Below, piece by piece: positions 51,650 to 63,980 of a stretch of 64,000 bases of DNA. This DNA is from Chrysemys picta bellii. Lineage: Eukaryota. The stretch is from NCBI RefSeq assembly GCF_011386835.1, contig NC_088791.1, forward strand, positions 281,542,001 through 281,606,000. The letters are read 5' to 3'. The position numbers and the translations under genes were made by a program. Position 1 is the first letter of the stretch; each line of letters opens with the position of its first letter. Under the pieces are notes generated by a model. The model saw nothing but the letters and a program-made list of their open reading frames with translations, was not told where the DNA came from and made no database searches.

Positions 51650-52140
51650 CAACCCACCCTGAACCAGATGGGACTCAATTCTATGTGTTGGGTTTGGGTT
51701 CGGTCATGTCTGCAAATAACCCAACTCTCTCAGGCTTGGGTTGGTTCAGGTCATCTCTGATCACGTCCTCCTGCCTATGGAGTTGCCGCCGAAGAAGTTG
51801 CTTGTCCCACTCATGGCTGCCATTGCTTCTCTGCATTGTGTGTGCTGCAGAGTGAGTTTGCTGATAAGTCACAGCACCTCTCAGTCTGAGGGGCATGCAG
51901 CCACCACTGCGCCAACCCCAGGGGCAAGAAGCAGCCAGAGATAGATTGCGGGCACGGGTTGTAAAGAACGGGAAGCCCACACCATGCTGAATGACAAGGA
52001 TGAGGCAGTGGAGCTGGCCCTGCACAGGTTCAGGGGATGTGTTGGGGTCAGGTTGGGTCTGAAAACGAGATAGCATGCTTGATTGGATTCAGTTCAGCTG
52101 TGCTCTGGTCGGATTTTGTTCTGGGCTGGGCTAAGCCTGA
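51650..52140. mobile_element. Degenerate DNA-transposon-like element with (A)CCCGA / GGGTC-type subterminal motifs
   Basis: Clusters of AACCCACCCTGAACC, GGGTTTGGGTTCGG and GGGTCAGGTTGGGTC at both ends. Confidence 0.4.
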
Positions 52141-53094
52141 AAGAGCTCTGTGAGGAATAACTTTCAAAAATGGTAAAGGCATTCAGAAGGGCAGGAATAT
52201 TTTGTGTGTAACCACCCTAAATTAAATATTCCACTCAATTTATACCAGTGATAACTCAGCCTGTGCCTCTATAGCCACAAATCTCTATTTAGGGTTCTCC
52301 ATGTTGCTCTACTGGAGCCCATGAACTCCCAGAGAGATCTCCTTGTTCCACCCAGTTTCAGGCAGATTGAATAGATCACTGTCTACAGATGTGCTTGAGG
52401 GAGGTATAGGAATTATCAACAGCATGCTTTAAAAACTTGTCTTTCCACTAACAGGAGGACATTGGTTCAGCAACATAATATGGACTTGGGAGCCTACCTT
52501 TAGACACCCATTTATGAAAAATCTTGCCCTTAAGTTTTGCCAAGGAAAATTGTGTACGAATAACTGTATGGTCACAGAACTTTGTGGATTCATACGTAGG
52601 TGAATTCAAGTGTTTGTTATGTTACATCAAAGAGTACACACAGTTCTACAATCTAGTTACTGAAGATCATTTGAAAAAAATACATATATCTGTTTAGTCA
52701 GTGTTTTCAGTTTTGGTAACTCAGAGTTAAAATGACTGGAAGGAATCCTGTCCGTCTTAACAAACAACTTGTGTACAGTAGATTCATTATTTACTTCTAG
52801 AGCTTTTTTGTAATTCTGATTCATTTTTAAGGATTGGGGTGGAAAAGGATATTAATCCAGTGTACTGTTTGCAAAATACTCTTGAAAATTTGCACTAGCA
52901 CTGGGACAATTATTATAGCATCATGTTTACAATAAGTCATATAGTATTAGTTATTTTACTTCTGATGTACTATAGGAGCAAGATGTTCCTGATATGCTTC
53001 TCAGAAGTAGGACAAAATGTGCACTCCATTAGTCTGGTAAGCACACGTAATCAATCTGAACTTCATATCTTAATTTTTGCTTTCCTTCACTTAC

Positions 53095-53201
53095 CTTCTG
53101 CAGACAGACATACCTCTCAACCTCCTAAATGCTGAAGTTGAGATTTTCAGGGAATTTAGACAAATGATTGCAGAATTTGTCTCCAGAGATGTATAGGAGA
53201 C
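53095..53201 (-). CDS. Candidate exon 5 of the - strand gene: VSYTSLETNSAIICLNSLKISTSAFRRLRGMSVCR
   Basis: Acceptor ctctttgctatacattttgaAG; donor AAG|GTAAGT (alternative GAG|GTATGT ending at 53114); open in phase 0, matching exon 4. Confidence 0.45.
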
Positions 53202-54276
53202 CTTCAAAATGTATAGCAAAGAGCTAACGTTGCCAGCAATCATTTTTTCCATGAATATAGGCATTTGTATCTTTTCTAGTGTGGTGACTATACATATTTT
53301 GTGATTATTGTAGTTACTGTGCTAAGTGTACCGTATCTGTAAACTTGGCTGTAGTTATTTAAGTTTAAAGTCAACTAAAAATGTAAAGATGGTGCAATGT
53401 TTTTTTCCTTCACCATAAAATGTTTGATCCTGTAAGGTTCTGAACACTGTGGCCTAGTCTGGAAAAGCACTTAAACATGTGTTTAACTTTAAACATGTGG
53501 TCCCATTAAAGCCAATGGGACTGCTCATGTGGTTAAGGCTAAGCGTGTGCTTAAGTGCTCTGCTGGATCAGAGCCAGACTGCAGTTAGTTAGTTCAAAGC
53601 TAGACTAATAGCAGTGCCTGCATCGCTATCCCATAACTGGTTGCTTACCTCCACCTATTTCCAGAATCTGTCTTTTACAGTTTCAGCTGCTTTTAGATCA
53701 CGTGGAGGAGGATCTACATATGCTACTACCGATGGGCAGGAACAGGCCACAGTCATCTCTCAAGATTGATTGGTGATAAATGGATAGCATGAACATTGTG
53801 GGAAAGAGTAGAAGGAACACTTTCTGTTTTCTTGTCCAAATGTATGAGGCTCTCAAAAAGAGAAGCACTTGAATGATTTGAGGACATGTATTTGAATGCT
53901 GGTGTTTTTCATTGAGATGTGGGCAAAGCGGCGAGACAACTAGTAAACTTTGTATGGGGTTATCCGGCTGAGGGAAGATGGAAAATAATGTGAAACTGAA
54001 CTAAAAAACCTTGTAATAGAATGAGAAATGGTATGATGTGGGGGTGTTTGTTGACGTGAATGAAAAGTGTTATGGCTGAGAATAAGGTAATGTCTTGCTC
54101 ACTGTGAATCTGTGTGTCTAACATGTGACCCATGAATGGAGAAAACAGACACACAGTCACATGACCAACTAATGATGACTACACAGACTCCCTAACTGTC
54201 ATGTGATTTGGGAACATGTTTTTGAATGTTGGTGTTTTTCAGTAAGATAAGTGTCTCTTGACCTGATAATATCTAG

Positions 54277-54491
54277 TACACCTCTACCCCGATATAACGC
54301 TGTCCTCAGGAGCCAAAAAATCTTACCGCGTTATAGGTGAAACTGCGTTATATCGAACTTTCTTTGATCCACCGGAGTGCACAGCCCTGCCCACCGCCCC
54401 CCACCCCCACCCCCTCACCGGAGCACTGCTTTACTGCGTTATATCTGAATCCGGGTTCTATCGGGTCGCGTTATATTGGGGTAGAGGTGTA
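54277..54491. mobile_element. Tc1/mariner (Tigger-like) MITE, copy 3 (opposite orientation)
   Basis: Same TIRs and TA TSD as 18810 and 21743. Confidence 0.9.
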
Positions 54492-54565
54492 CATACCAAA
54501 CTGATGCGTTTCAACTACACTAAACAATTTACACATACTTATTTTGAGGAGCCTGAGGCATTTTG

Positions 54566-55275
54566 AGGGAACTGACTGGCTAAGCAGCAGTTCTGCAGAA
54601 AAGGACCTGGGAATTACAGTGGAAGAGAAGCTGGATATGAGTCAGCAGTGTGCCCTTGTTGCCAAGAAGGCTAACAGCATATTGGGCTCCATTAGTAGGA
54701 GCATTGCCAGCAGATTGAGGAAAGTGATTATTCCCCTCTATTTGGCACTGGTGAGGCCACATCTGGAGTATTGCGTCCAGTTTGGGGTCCCCCACTACAG
54801 AAAGGATGTGGACAAATTGGAGAGGGTCCAGCGGAGGGCAACGAAAATGATCAGGAGGCTGGGGCACATGACTTATGAGGAGAGGCTGAGGGAACTGGGC
54901 TTGTTTAGTCTCCAGAAGAGAAGAGTGAGGAGGGATTTGATAGCAGCCTTCAACTATCTGAAGGGGGGTTCCAAAGAGGATGGGGCTCGGCTGTTCTCAG
55001 TGGTGGCAGATGACATGACAAGGAGCAATGGTCTCAAGTTGCAGTGGGAGCGGACTAGGTTGGATATTAGGAAACACTATTCCACTAGGAGGGTGGTGAA
55101 GCACTGGAATGGATTACCTAGGGAGGTGGTGGAATCTCCATCCTTAGAGGTTTTTAAGGCCCATCCTGACAAAGCCCTGGCTGGGATGATTTAGTTGGTC
55201 CTGCTTTGAGCAGGGGGTTGGACTAGATGACCTCCTGAGGTCTCTTCCAACCCTAATCTTCTATGATTCTATGAT
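54566..55275 (+). mobile_element. 5'-truncated CR1 LINE, young copy
   Basis: Uninterrupted ORF2 C-terminal frame (ORF 54544-55194, [32 protein letters not shown]) and CTATGATTCTATGAT tail. Confidence 0.97.
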
Positions 55276-56262
55276 ACTCATAACAAACTGGATTGGTTTA
55301 CAGAAAATCCTGAAACAGTGTGGCGTCTGTAGCTGTTCTCAGTGACAGACTTTCAGTTTCATAATGAATGATAACTGACATTAGTGTGAAAAGGCTAGTG
55401 TGGGCAAAGTGTCTTTGTATGGGGTTACCAGTCTGAAAGACGTTGGAAAATAATGTGAAACTGAACTAAAAACCTTGTAACAGAATGAAAAATGATATGA
55501 TGTGGGGTGTTTGTTGAAGCGAATGAAAAGTCGTATGGCAGAGAATAAAGTAATTTCGCTCACCATGAATCCATGTGTCATGTGGCAAATTCCTGAGACT
55601 TAGAAAATACGGTATGCTTTCCTTCTGCTCTTCTTTCTACTTCAAACCCTCTCATTTTCTCCCTCCACCTCCTTCCCTTTCGTCACTTGTACCTCTTTCC
55701 TTCCCTTGCTTTACAGTGAATGTTTGATTAGCAGCTACTCAAACACCGTACTATCCAAGTTCCGCTTCTTGTAGCAGTGCCCCTCTTCCTTTTCACGTCT
55801 CTCACAGTGGTTCTTTATCCTGGCAGTTTTCATCACTGCTGTGTTTTTGCAACTCTCACTCCCATCACCATTTTCCTTTCTTCTCCTCCCTATGATTCAC
55901 TTCCCCTGTGCTTCTTTCACTGGTGCAAAGGGACACTGTCAAGTATTTTTGTCCAAGACAGAAACAAAATCAAATAGAACTGTTCAGTGTTAAAACAAAC
56001 AAACAAAATCACCTCAGTGAAAAACAACAACAACAACCTTTTTATCTATTGAAATATTATCCTGCAGTGGTGGAAACCGAAACATCGCTTTGCTGTGCAA
56101 AGGCTTGATACACAAATCACTGAGGTCTATAGGAGACGCCTGTTGACTTAAAATGGGCTTTTATTAGAACTGGCTGGAAGATGTGAACATTTTTGTACCA
56201 GTAGGATCTGAGTGACTCAAATCTTTATTTATTTATTGTATCTATCCTACCATTGTATCTAT

Positions 56263-56420
56263 CCTCACAATATCCTGTGAGGAAGGGATTAGCCCCATTT
56301 TACAGATGGGAAACTGAAGCACAGAGAAACTATGTGACTCAGCAAAGGTCATAGAGGAATTGTGTGCTAGAACAGGACTCAAACACAAGTCTCCTGAATC
56401 CCAAAGCTAGCACCGCAACT
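56263..56420 (+). mobile_element. MIR/CORE-SINE
   Basis: CCCCATTTTACAGATGGGAAACTGAAGCACAGAGA..AAGGTCA..AGTCTCCTGA. Confidence 0.8.
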
Positions 56421-56704
56421 GTTGGGTCATCTTTCTCTGTGGTAAGCCCATTGCAAACAAGAACCAGAAAATGAAATTGGCTGTAAACCAAAAGTTAAGC
56501 TGCCTAATAGAGTGTCACTGTCTAAATTGAGCAAAAAGTAAAGAAATAGTATGAAACGTTTTCAGAAGTGCCTAAGTGTCATGGAACTTAGGGACCTAAA
56601 TGATTTAGCACTTTTAAAACCATTGTCTGTAACACAGATGAGAATTTTTAATGTAAATTTTATGTTAAGAATTTGCATTACAATTTGTTATTCATAAAAT
56701 GGAT

Positions 56705-56706
<2 letters not shown>

Positions 56707-56758
<52 letters not shown>
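56707..56758. repeat. (GT)26 microsatellite
   Basis: Directly visible. Confidence 0.97.
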
Positions 56759-56762
<4 letters not shown>

Positions 56763-57868
56763 GGCTGCTTCTCAGGATTTTGGAATGTTAGTGTAAATCC
56801 AGAGGTGCTAGAAGGTGGACACAGGACACAGTAGGTGGTTAACAATAATAAATTAATTTCTCACATGGCTCTACAGCTTACCACATGCATATGCATATAC
56901 GTGTCCATTCATTTTACAGGTGAGTCCCATATAAGAAAATTCAGAGCCACATAAGAAGTATAATGTACTCCTTTGACTGTCACTTTGCCCATTTATTCAT
57001 CTTTCTGGAACTTTAACATTCCAAACCCCAGATCAGCATCAAAAGCTGATACTTATTTTATTCTTTTTAAAAGAGAGAAATCAACCTATTGGAGAAATAT
57101 TCCTCCTCCCCCCTCCATATGTGCAGATACCCTTCCCTCCTGCCCAAATTTACCTCTGCCCAAGGCCCAGCAAGGGCAATGTTCAGTCGTGGATCTTGAA
57201 ACAACCTTTCCTATAAATAAAAAATGTAACAGCTTTAAATTCCAAAACCTCACAGCAAGGCTAGAAATGGGAGTTTATAGCATTGAGAAGTGGAGATACT
57301 CAGTTCCCCAATGTGGACTCAGCACTCACTTGAATATGTGGTTGCATTATACATAGTGGATTTCAAAGTCAGGAGATTTTATGTTTAGAAAAGCTGCTTG
57401 TGAGATATCAGGCTTTTGAGAATAGAGATCTGAAAAGGACTGTGACACACAGCTGAGATAAATAATGATATATGACTACTGAGGAGGCCAAGTGTGGAAA
57501 CAGTAGAGAGGAAATAGTGTCACTTGTTGCTCTTCTGGTTTAAATGGTTAGATAGCAGGTTTTCTTAAGTGTTTGTAGCAATGTGGGAATCCCTTGGAAC
57601 ACTACTATGGAGAAAAAAAAGGAGTAGGCTCAAAAATATCCTTTGTGTTTCAACCAGGAGTTTTGTATTTTTCTCTCTATACAGAGTTTGCCTTTTCTGG
57701 AGATAAAACATGCTCAGAAATTTGCTGCCTTCCACATTGGTGCCTGTCTTTTGCACATACTGTCTTCACTCTCCTAACGATGTTTAAATTCTCCGCCACT
57801 ATTTCAGCCAATGATATTTCTTTGCCAATGGCTTAACACTGTCCAGTAGTGTTTTGTAACCATTTTAC

Positions 57869-57917
57869 CATCTCCCATCTCTTAAAGGGGAAGTTGTAGT
57901 TTTGCTCTCCTTGTTTT
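57869..57917 (-). CDS. Candidate exon 4 of the - strand gene: (R)KQGEQNYNFPFKRWEM; read-through would end VKWLQNTTGQC* at 57833
   Basis: Strong acceptor tcatttttttttcAG; phase 2 start matches exon 3; donor ATG|GTAAAA in phase 0. Confidence 0.55.
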
Positions 57918-58114
57918 CTGAAAAAAAAATGACATGTCAATTCTTCCTTTATTCTTTGAATCTAGCCCCTCCTGGTAGTCTGTATACTCCCTGATTTTCA
58001 ATGTGCTGAATTGCAACTTCTGGATGAATCACCCTATGTTCTAAGGATTGGCAAAGGGTGTCATACTTCAGGAAGTGCATGTTTGGAATGGTGACAGCAG
58101 GTGTGACAGCCACC

Positions 58115-58371
58115 ATCTTGCCGGCCAACGGGATGGCGGCAGCATGCGGAGCCCCGTGGCCCACCCGCTTAGGAGCCGGATCTGCTGCTGGCCGCTTCCG
58201 GGGCGCAGCGCAGTGTCACAACCGGTAGGAGCTAACCTGCCTTACCTGGGCAGCACCATCGACAGGACATTTCACGGCCCAGTCAGTGGTGCTGACTGGA
58301 GCCGCTGCAACCCAGTGCTTTACATTCTGCAACTCAGTACTGGGTCGCGACCCGCAGTTTGAAAATCACTG
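58115..58371. mobile_element. Truncated hAT MITE within intron
   Basis: GC-rich body ending GGGTCGCGACCCGCAGTTTGAAAATCACTG. Confidence 0.7.
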
Positions 58372-58416
58372 AGCTATAGAACCAGGTTCTGAAGCTAAGA
58401 GCTGTAACAGACTCAC

Positions 58417-58498
58417 CTTATGTGTGGATCGGGCACAGATGGGGATTCATAATGCACACTGACAAGTTTATATATTTCCTCTGGTTCATCCTCAGCAG
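58417..58498 (-). CDS. Candidate exon 3 of the - strand gene: (A)AEDEPEEIYKLVSVHYESPSVPDPHI(R)
   Basis: Perfect donor AG|GTGAGT; acceptor cttcAG; 82 nt in phase 1 to 2, open. Confidence 0.6.
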
Positions 58499-59297
58499 CT
58501 GAAGCTTATAGCAGTTTGAATTCCAGATGAGTTCCATTTCTGTGATGGTCACCATGCTATGGATTGTGCTGGCACCTTTAATAGACTCATTCCTCTGTGA
58601 CTCAGGCACACAGAGGGACATGGAACACACACTGACCCATGGGTTACGCAGGCACAATTGAGTACACTGTTGGAGGCAAAGCAGTAATACATATTATGCA
58701 TGTTTGAAATGTCATGTTTGAAATGACAGTATGCTCAATGTAGGCCATCTGGTCATTTTACATGTTGTTATTCATAAAATGGATAAGTGTAAGTGTGTGT
58801 GTGTGTGTGTGTGGGTGGGTGGGTGGGTGTGGGTGCTCCTCAGGATTTTGGAATGTTAGTGTAAATAAGTGATGTGATGGACAGGTCTAACTACAAGGCT
58901 ACATAAGGAGCACAAAATTCCTTTTCCTTATCTACTTTATGTATTTGCAGGTTAGTAGTTGAAATAAGTCAATTGGTTGGGTGAAAAAAAAAAAGGCTCT
59001 TTTTTGTTAAAGTGAGAAGAGAAAAATATTAAACTCTATCAGGTACTAGGCTTTGAGAGTCTCCTCTAATACTGTGGTACTCCTGTGTTGTTCTGCCAAT
59101 TCTATTTTTCCGAGCCACCTTGCCTTTCTTACTTTTTCTCATCCTGCTTTGGAAACTGTACTAATATTAGTAAAAGCTATTGCTCATAATGCAGACTTGG
59201 TCAGTGTCTTTTAGGCTCCAGACCTGAAAGAGGCTCCTAAAAGATGAATGCATTTTAAAACCCTCATTAAAGTGAAGATTCTTTAGCAACATGCTCT

Positions 59298-59336
59298 CCT
59301 CTTTCTTTCTTTCTTTTTTTCTTTCTTTCTTTCTTT
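59298..59336. repeat. (TTTC)n microsatellite
   Basis: Directly visible. Confidence 0.9.
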
Positions 59337-60094
59337 CAAATATTGCTGGCTTTTATGAGAAATACAGGGGTAAGTACCTGTATATATATTGCCATCCAGC
59401 AGGGCCATCAATCATTTTGAAGCTGAAGATATTTTCTGGAAGATGCTCAGGTCTTTTCATATTGGAGGTAGCTTGATTCAATCAGAGATATGAAAACATC
59501 CTTTGACCTTATCATTGAGATCCTGATTTTCACTGGTCTCATGTTGTCACTGTAAAATAAAAGCAGAAATATTGGAGATGCATGTTAGTGAAAGAGACAT
59601 GCTGTTGTGTTTTTTTTTTTCCTATTAGTAAAGCAGAATCAGAATTCTAATGCATGCTTCTTTGTGCAGTCTGAATGGCACAGATTTGTTTCAGATACTG
59701 GCCGTAGATTGCTAATTTTATAAACTTGAATAGAATTAGATCAGGCCTGGAGTTCTGAAAGTTACTAATTCATTAGTTCACTACTTGGCAGAGAGCTGTT
59801 TTCCATCAAGAGTGAGGAGCTGCTGTTCATGCACAGACTTTTGCACCTGTGTGGAACCCATTGAATCACTGTGACTCTGCATGAGTACAGGCTTTCAGTG
59901 CAGGGGTGTTGCTTTCATTTTATTTAGAATGCATCATCCTGAAAACTAACTGAAGGTGTTTGTTCCTTTTAACTTTTTTGGTGTGCTCAAGTTTTCATGT
60001 ATGTGATAGACAGAAGTGACTGGCAGCATGCATTGTGTGCTGTGCAAGCTTTATTCATTATACACATTTGTCATTAAATCCTTTAAGTCCTTAC

Positions 60095-60174
60095 CTGCAA
60101 CATCATAGTTGGCTGCTTCTGAGCAGAGACTGTCAACAATATCAGCTGTACTCTTCATCCATGCCCACAAGGGC
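60095..60174 (-). CDS. Candidate exon 2 of the - strand gene: (R)PLWAWMKSTADIVDSLCSEAANYDVA
   Basis: Donor CAG|GTAAGG; acceptor tatgttctgcAG; 80 nt in phase 2 to 1, open. Confidence 0.6.
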
Positions 60175-60359
60175 CTGCAGAACATAGCTCTTGCCTATCA
60201 CAGCACTGTGATTACCTTCTTCTTGACCAACCCAGGCCACCCAACTCAATGCTATTACACAATGCATGGAACTTCTCCCTTCACTGAATCCTCTGTGCCT
60301 TCCCCCTCTCCATATTAAATCCCCCCTTAAGAAAAAGAAAGTTGCAGGGACATTATTTA

Positions 60360-60795
60360 TTATTGTATATTATCATAGCACCTAGGAGCCCTAATCAAGG
60401 ATCAGGACCCTGTTGTGCACTGTTCAAACACAGATCAGCAAGTCGGTTCTTGCCCCAAAGAGCTTACAATCTAAGTATAAGAAAAAAGACAACAGATGGA
60501 TATGGACAGATGGGGGAGTAAACAGAAACAGACAATTTTGGTCAGCATCATAGGCCGTGGTCTTTGCTTAGCATCAGTGTAACTTGTCTAGTTTTTTGTA
60601 GGTGTCACAGCAAAGCAGGCCAATGCATGTCACACATCACTGCTGCTTGTTGCATCCCTTCCCCTTTCCTAAATTAGTATGTACTGTCTGTCTAGAGTAC
60701 AAGCTCCTGGAACAGGGATTGTTTCTTTTTTAGTTGTCTATAAAGATCATAGGTAATTATGTGGGCTATACAAACAATAAGTAATAATAATAACA
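60360..60795. mobile_element. Two L2-type LINE 3' end relics in opposite orientation
   Basis: CCCCAAAGAGCTTACAATCTAA (about 60452-60475) and TAGAGTACAAGCTCCTGGAACAGGGA...AATAATAATAA (about 60692-60795). Confidence 0.55.
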
Positions 60796-61304
60796 ATTTG
60801 AAATCATGCTACGCTTTTCTGGTTTAGGCAGACAGACACTACATGAGGTTGAGGCCACCACAATCATTTCATTTGTAATATAGCACAGATTTAATGAAAG
60901 CCTGATGTTGTTTGCATTGAGGCCAATGACAACATTTCAGTTGACTGCAGTGGGAACAGGATCAGGTCATACATGCAAAATTCCTGAGGTAATAAACCAC
61001 TCATCTAGTGGTTTTTATTTTTTTAGCTCTTCAAAATTCAGTACAAACATGAACTAATTAGTTCTCCCAACTCCCCTCTGAGGCAGCTAAGTGCAGTAAT
61101 CACCATTAAACAGAGAACTTTTACCAATAGGTTCCATCCTGTAATATTTGACTTACCATAGAATTTCTAGATGGTTAGATTAGAAAATAGGGAATTTTGC
61201 CATTGACTTAGAAGAGGGCAGGATTGTGCCCTAAATGTGGAATCTCAGGTTAGATGGTGTGGTTACCATTGGTAAATATTGACTCTTTCATGGCAACCAT
61301 TAAC

Positions 61305-61445
61305 TATTATTATCCATTTTACAAGTGAAAAAAAATCAAAGCAGAGAGGGTTAGTGGCTTGTCTCAGACCCCAGATGGAATCTGTGTGAGAGCTAAGATT
61401 AGAGCTCAGGAGCTCTGATCTGAGAGCCATTAACCCTGCCCACAG
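61305..61445 (+). mobile_element. MIR-like relic
   Basis: TATTATCCATTTTACAAGTGAAAAAAAATCAAAGCAGAGAGGGTTAGTGGCTTG. Confidence 0.55.
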
Positions 61446-62214
61446 TCCTCTAGAGCACATTACCTTGCAGGTGAATTACATCTGAGCTACTCTTATATAT
61501 TTCTTAACATGGTCCAAGTTTGCTTTTGATGTGCCTCAAAGGGGAACCCGTTCAACATTTCAGTCTCTTAATTAACTGCGCAATTCACTGAAAATTTATA
61601 TGTGTGTGACTGGAGTCGATTATTACAATTAGGGTATTAAACTAATATTCAAACCATATATTTTGGACATGTAATACAATAACCTTTACCAGTGAGATGA
61701 AGGATGGTAAAAGGAGCAGCACATATTTATATAAGTGAATGCTAATTTTTACATCATAATTTAAGCAGTATTAAGTATTAGTCACATCCTCTAGATAGAT
61801 ATTGATAGTTTCTGTTAGGGTGAGCTAGTATAGCTGTTTCTTTGCTCAGCTTGCAGAGAGCTTTAGCCTTGAAGAATGAGGTTTTAGTTGCTGCAGGTAC
61901 TTACTGTTAATGTATTAATGTGTGTGTCTATGTAGTTAGGGGTCTGTGTAACACACTGTATGTAGTGTTGTATGTGTGCACTGATAAAGATTACACGTGT
62001 TGCATTCCAGCACTGGGGAAGCCAACCAAGTCACTGTAGCAGCTGGCAAAGCAGGCCACAGTATAGTGAAACTGAAATAATTTTTGCTGTGTTTCCAATA
62101 AAACTGGTTCAGAACCTAGGTCTGTGAAGCGAAGTATGAACATGGGGAGAATATAAGAAAATAAGAGGAGACGGGTTTGTGTTCATGTTATCCATCCCTA
62201 TAGATCCTTTAGCA

Positions 62215-62432
62215 CAAGGATTCTCAAACTGGGGGTCGGGACCCCTCAGGGAGTCATGAGTTTATTACATCGGGGGTTGTGAGCTGTCAACCTCCACCCC
62301 AAACCCCACTTTGCCTCCAGCATGTATAATGTTGTAAAATATATTTAAAAGTGTTTTTAATTTATAAGGGGGGTCACACTCAGAGGCTTGCTGTGTGAAA
62401 GGGGCACCAGTAAAAAAGTTTGAGAGCCACTG
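62215..62432. mobile_element. hAT MITE
   Basis: TIR CAAGGATTCTCAAACT / AGTTTGAGAGCCACTG; perfect 8-bp TSD CTTTAGCA. Confidence 0.9.
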
Positions 62433-63187
62433 CTTTAGCACCTTCTCCACATGTTGACTCTTTTAATATCCTACTTCTTCACACTGCTCTGCTTGGGCAG
62501 AGCCCTACATGTGCAGAACCTATTGAAATCAGTGGAGCTCTGTGTGGGCACAGGAGTCTTCTGTATGTGGTCTGTTGCAGGATTAGGGCATTAGTTTGGA
62601 GGTTTTGTGTAGTGAAGGGAATTCTCTTCATGCTTTGTCGATTTTTAGGGGGTGCCATTGGCATATCGCAGGGCAGAAGTTAGTCAAAATACTTTTTTTT
62701 GCCTCCCCCATGAACTGCGGAAGAAGGCTTTTCTTTCCACAGTAACCCATAATACACAGTTTGCACAGTTTTAAAGCTGTCACTACCTAGAGACAATTAC
62801 CAAAAGGAAATGTCATGGAGAAGGAGAAAAAAAAACTCAAAACCCAACTCCCTGCTCTGAAGGATCACCTTCATGATCCTGGCTTAGATATATAAGTCAA
62901 AATCCAAAATTTGATCATTCCTCTTCTCACCAGTATCTGCCACATAAAGCTTTCATGCACTGAAAGAATGGCATGTGCCTTTTTTAGCTAAGAAATGGAG
63001 CTTCTCAAAAATAGAACTTTAAAGGTATACAGCAGTGGTTGAGAATGCTGATCCTTACATTCGCTACTCAATGAGGTTTGACAAGGTCATACCATACAGT
63101 ATGCATTGTTTCACTGTCACAATGGGAAGTACAATTTCAATATGTGGATATAGAGCACCAAATGAGCCTGCCTGTCTGGTATACTGA

Positions 63188-63462
63188 GGGCTTGTCTACA
63201 CTTACTAGGGGTTTGACGTGCGGTGATTAATGCATCGGCGGTCGTAGACCCGCTAAATCGACCGCCGATCACTCTCCTGTCAACTCCTGTACTCCATCTG
63301 AACGAGAAGCGCACGGGAAGTCGACGGGAGAGCGTTTCCAGTCGACATCGCGTAGTGTGGACCCCGCGGTAAGTAGATCTAAGTATGTCAACTTCAGCTA
63401 CGTTATTCATAGCTGAAGTTGCGTAACTTAGATCGCTCTCCCCCAGTAGTGTAAAGAAGGCC
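63188..63462. mobile_element. PIF/Harbinger-like MITE
   Basis: Ends GGGCTTGTCTACACT / AGTGTAAAGAAGGCC; 3-bp flanks TGA / TTA (TWA-type); CpG-rich interior. Confidence 0.75.
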
Positions 63463-63954
63463 TTAGTTTAGGTAGGCTGAGATTGATTTAACTAGGTTCC
63501 TTTAGACCACAAAGCACAAGAAGGAGCTGAATGAGCAGGCCAGTTGCTCTTTTAACCTTACAACATGAAACTCTTTGCACTGATCAGCTTTTCCTAAAGG
63601 CCTCCCAATGAACAAGAAAATTATTTTAGTTTAAAATGATGTAATCAGTAGGACCCACAGTGCTGGGAGGAGGAGCCTGTGAGCCCTTTGCCTAGAGAAT
63701 GTCACTGTCTGGAGTTTTTGCAGGAGGAGGAGGAAAATGACTGATCTAGGAGATGGCAGGTATGCAAGGTAAATTGATATCCTTATTGATTTTGCAGTGT
63801 GCTTATTTTCTTTAATGAGAATTCTTGTTCAGTTAAAACTAAAAATTAGCCGTGGTTTTATAACAGAGTGTGAGGGTTACATGTACAGAGCTGAAAAGAA
63901 AACAAACACATTTGCTTTCTGTGTCCCACTGCACACGTGCATCATGCTTGTTAC

Positions 63955-63980
63955 CTAGGAGAGGAAGGACTGCTCCTCAG
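63955..63980 (-). CDS. Candidate exon 1 (within window) of the - strand gene: LRSSPSSP(R)
   Basis: Acceptor cctcctttgaatttctacAG; donor TAG|GTAACA; 26 nt in phase 0 to 2, matching exon 2. Confidence 0.5.

Noticed and set aside
61465-61588. Exon-like segment on the - strand with a good donor AAG|GTAATG
   Set aside because: Stops in all frames compatible with the gene model
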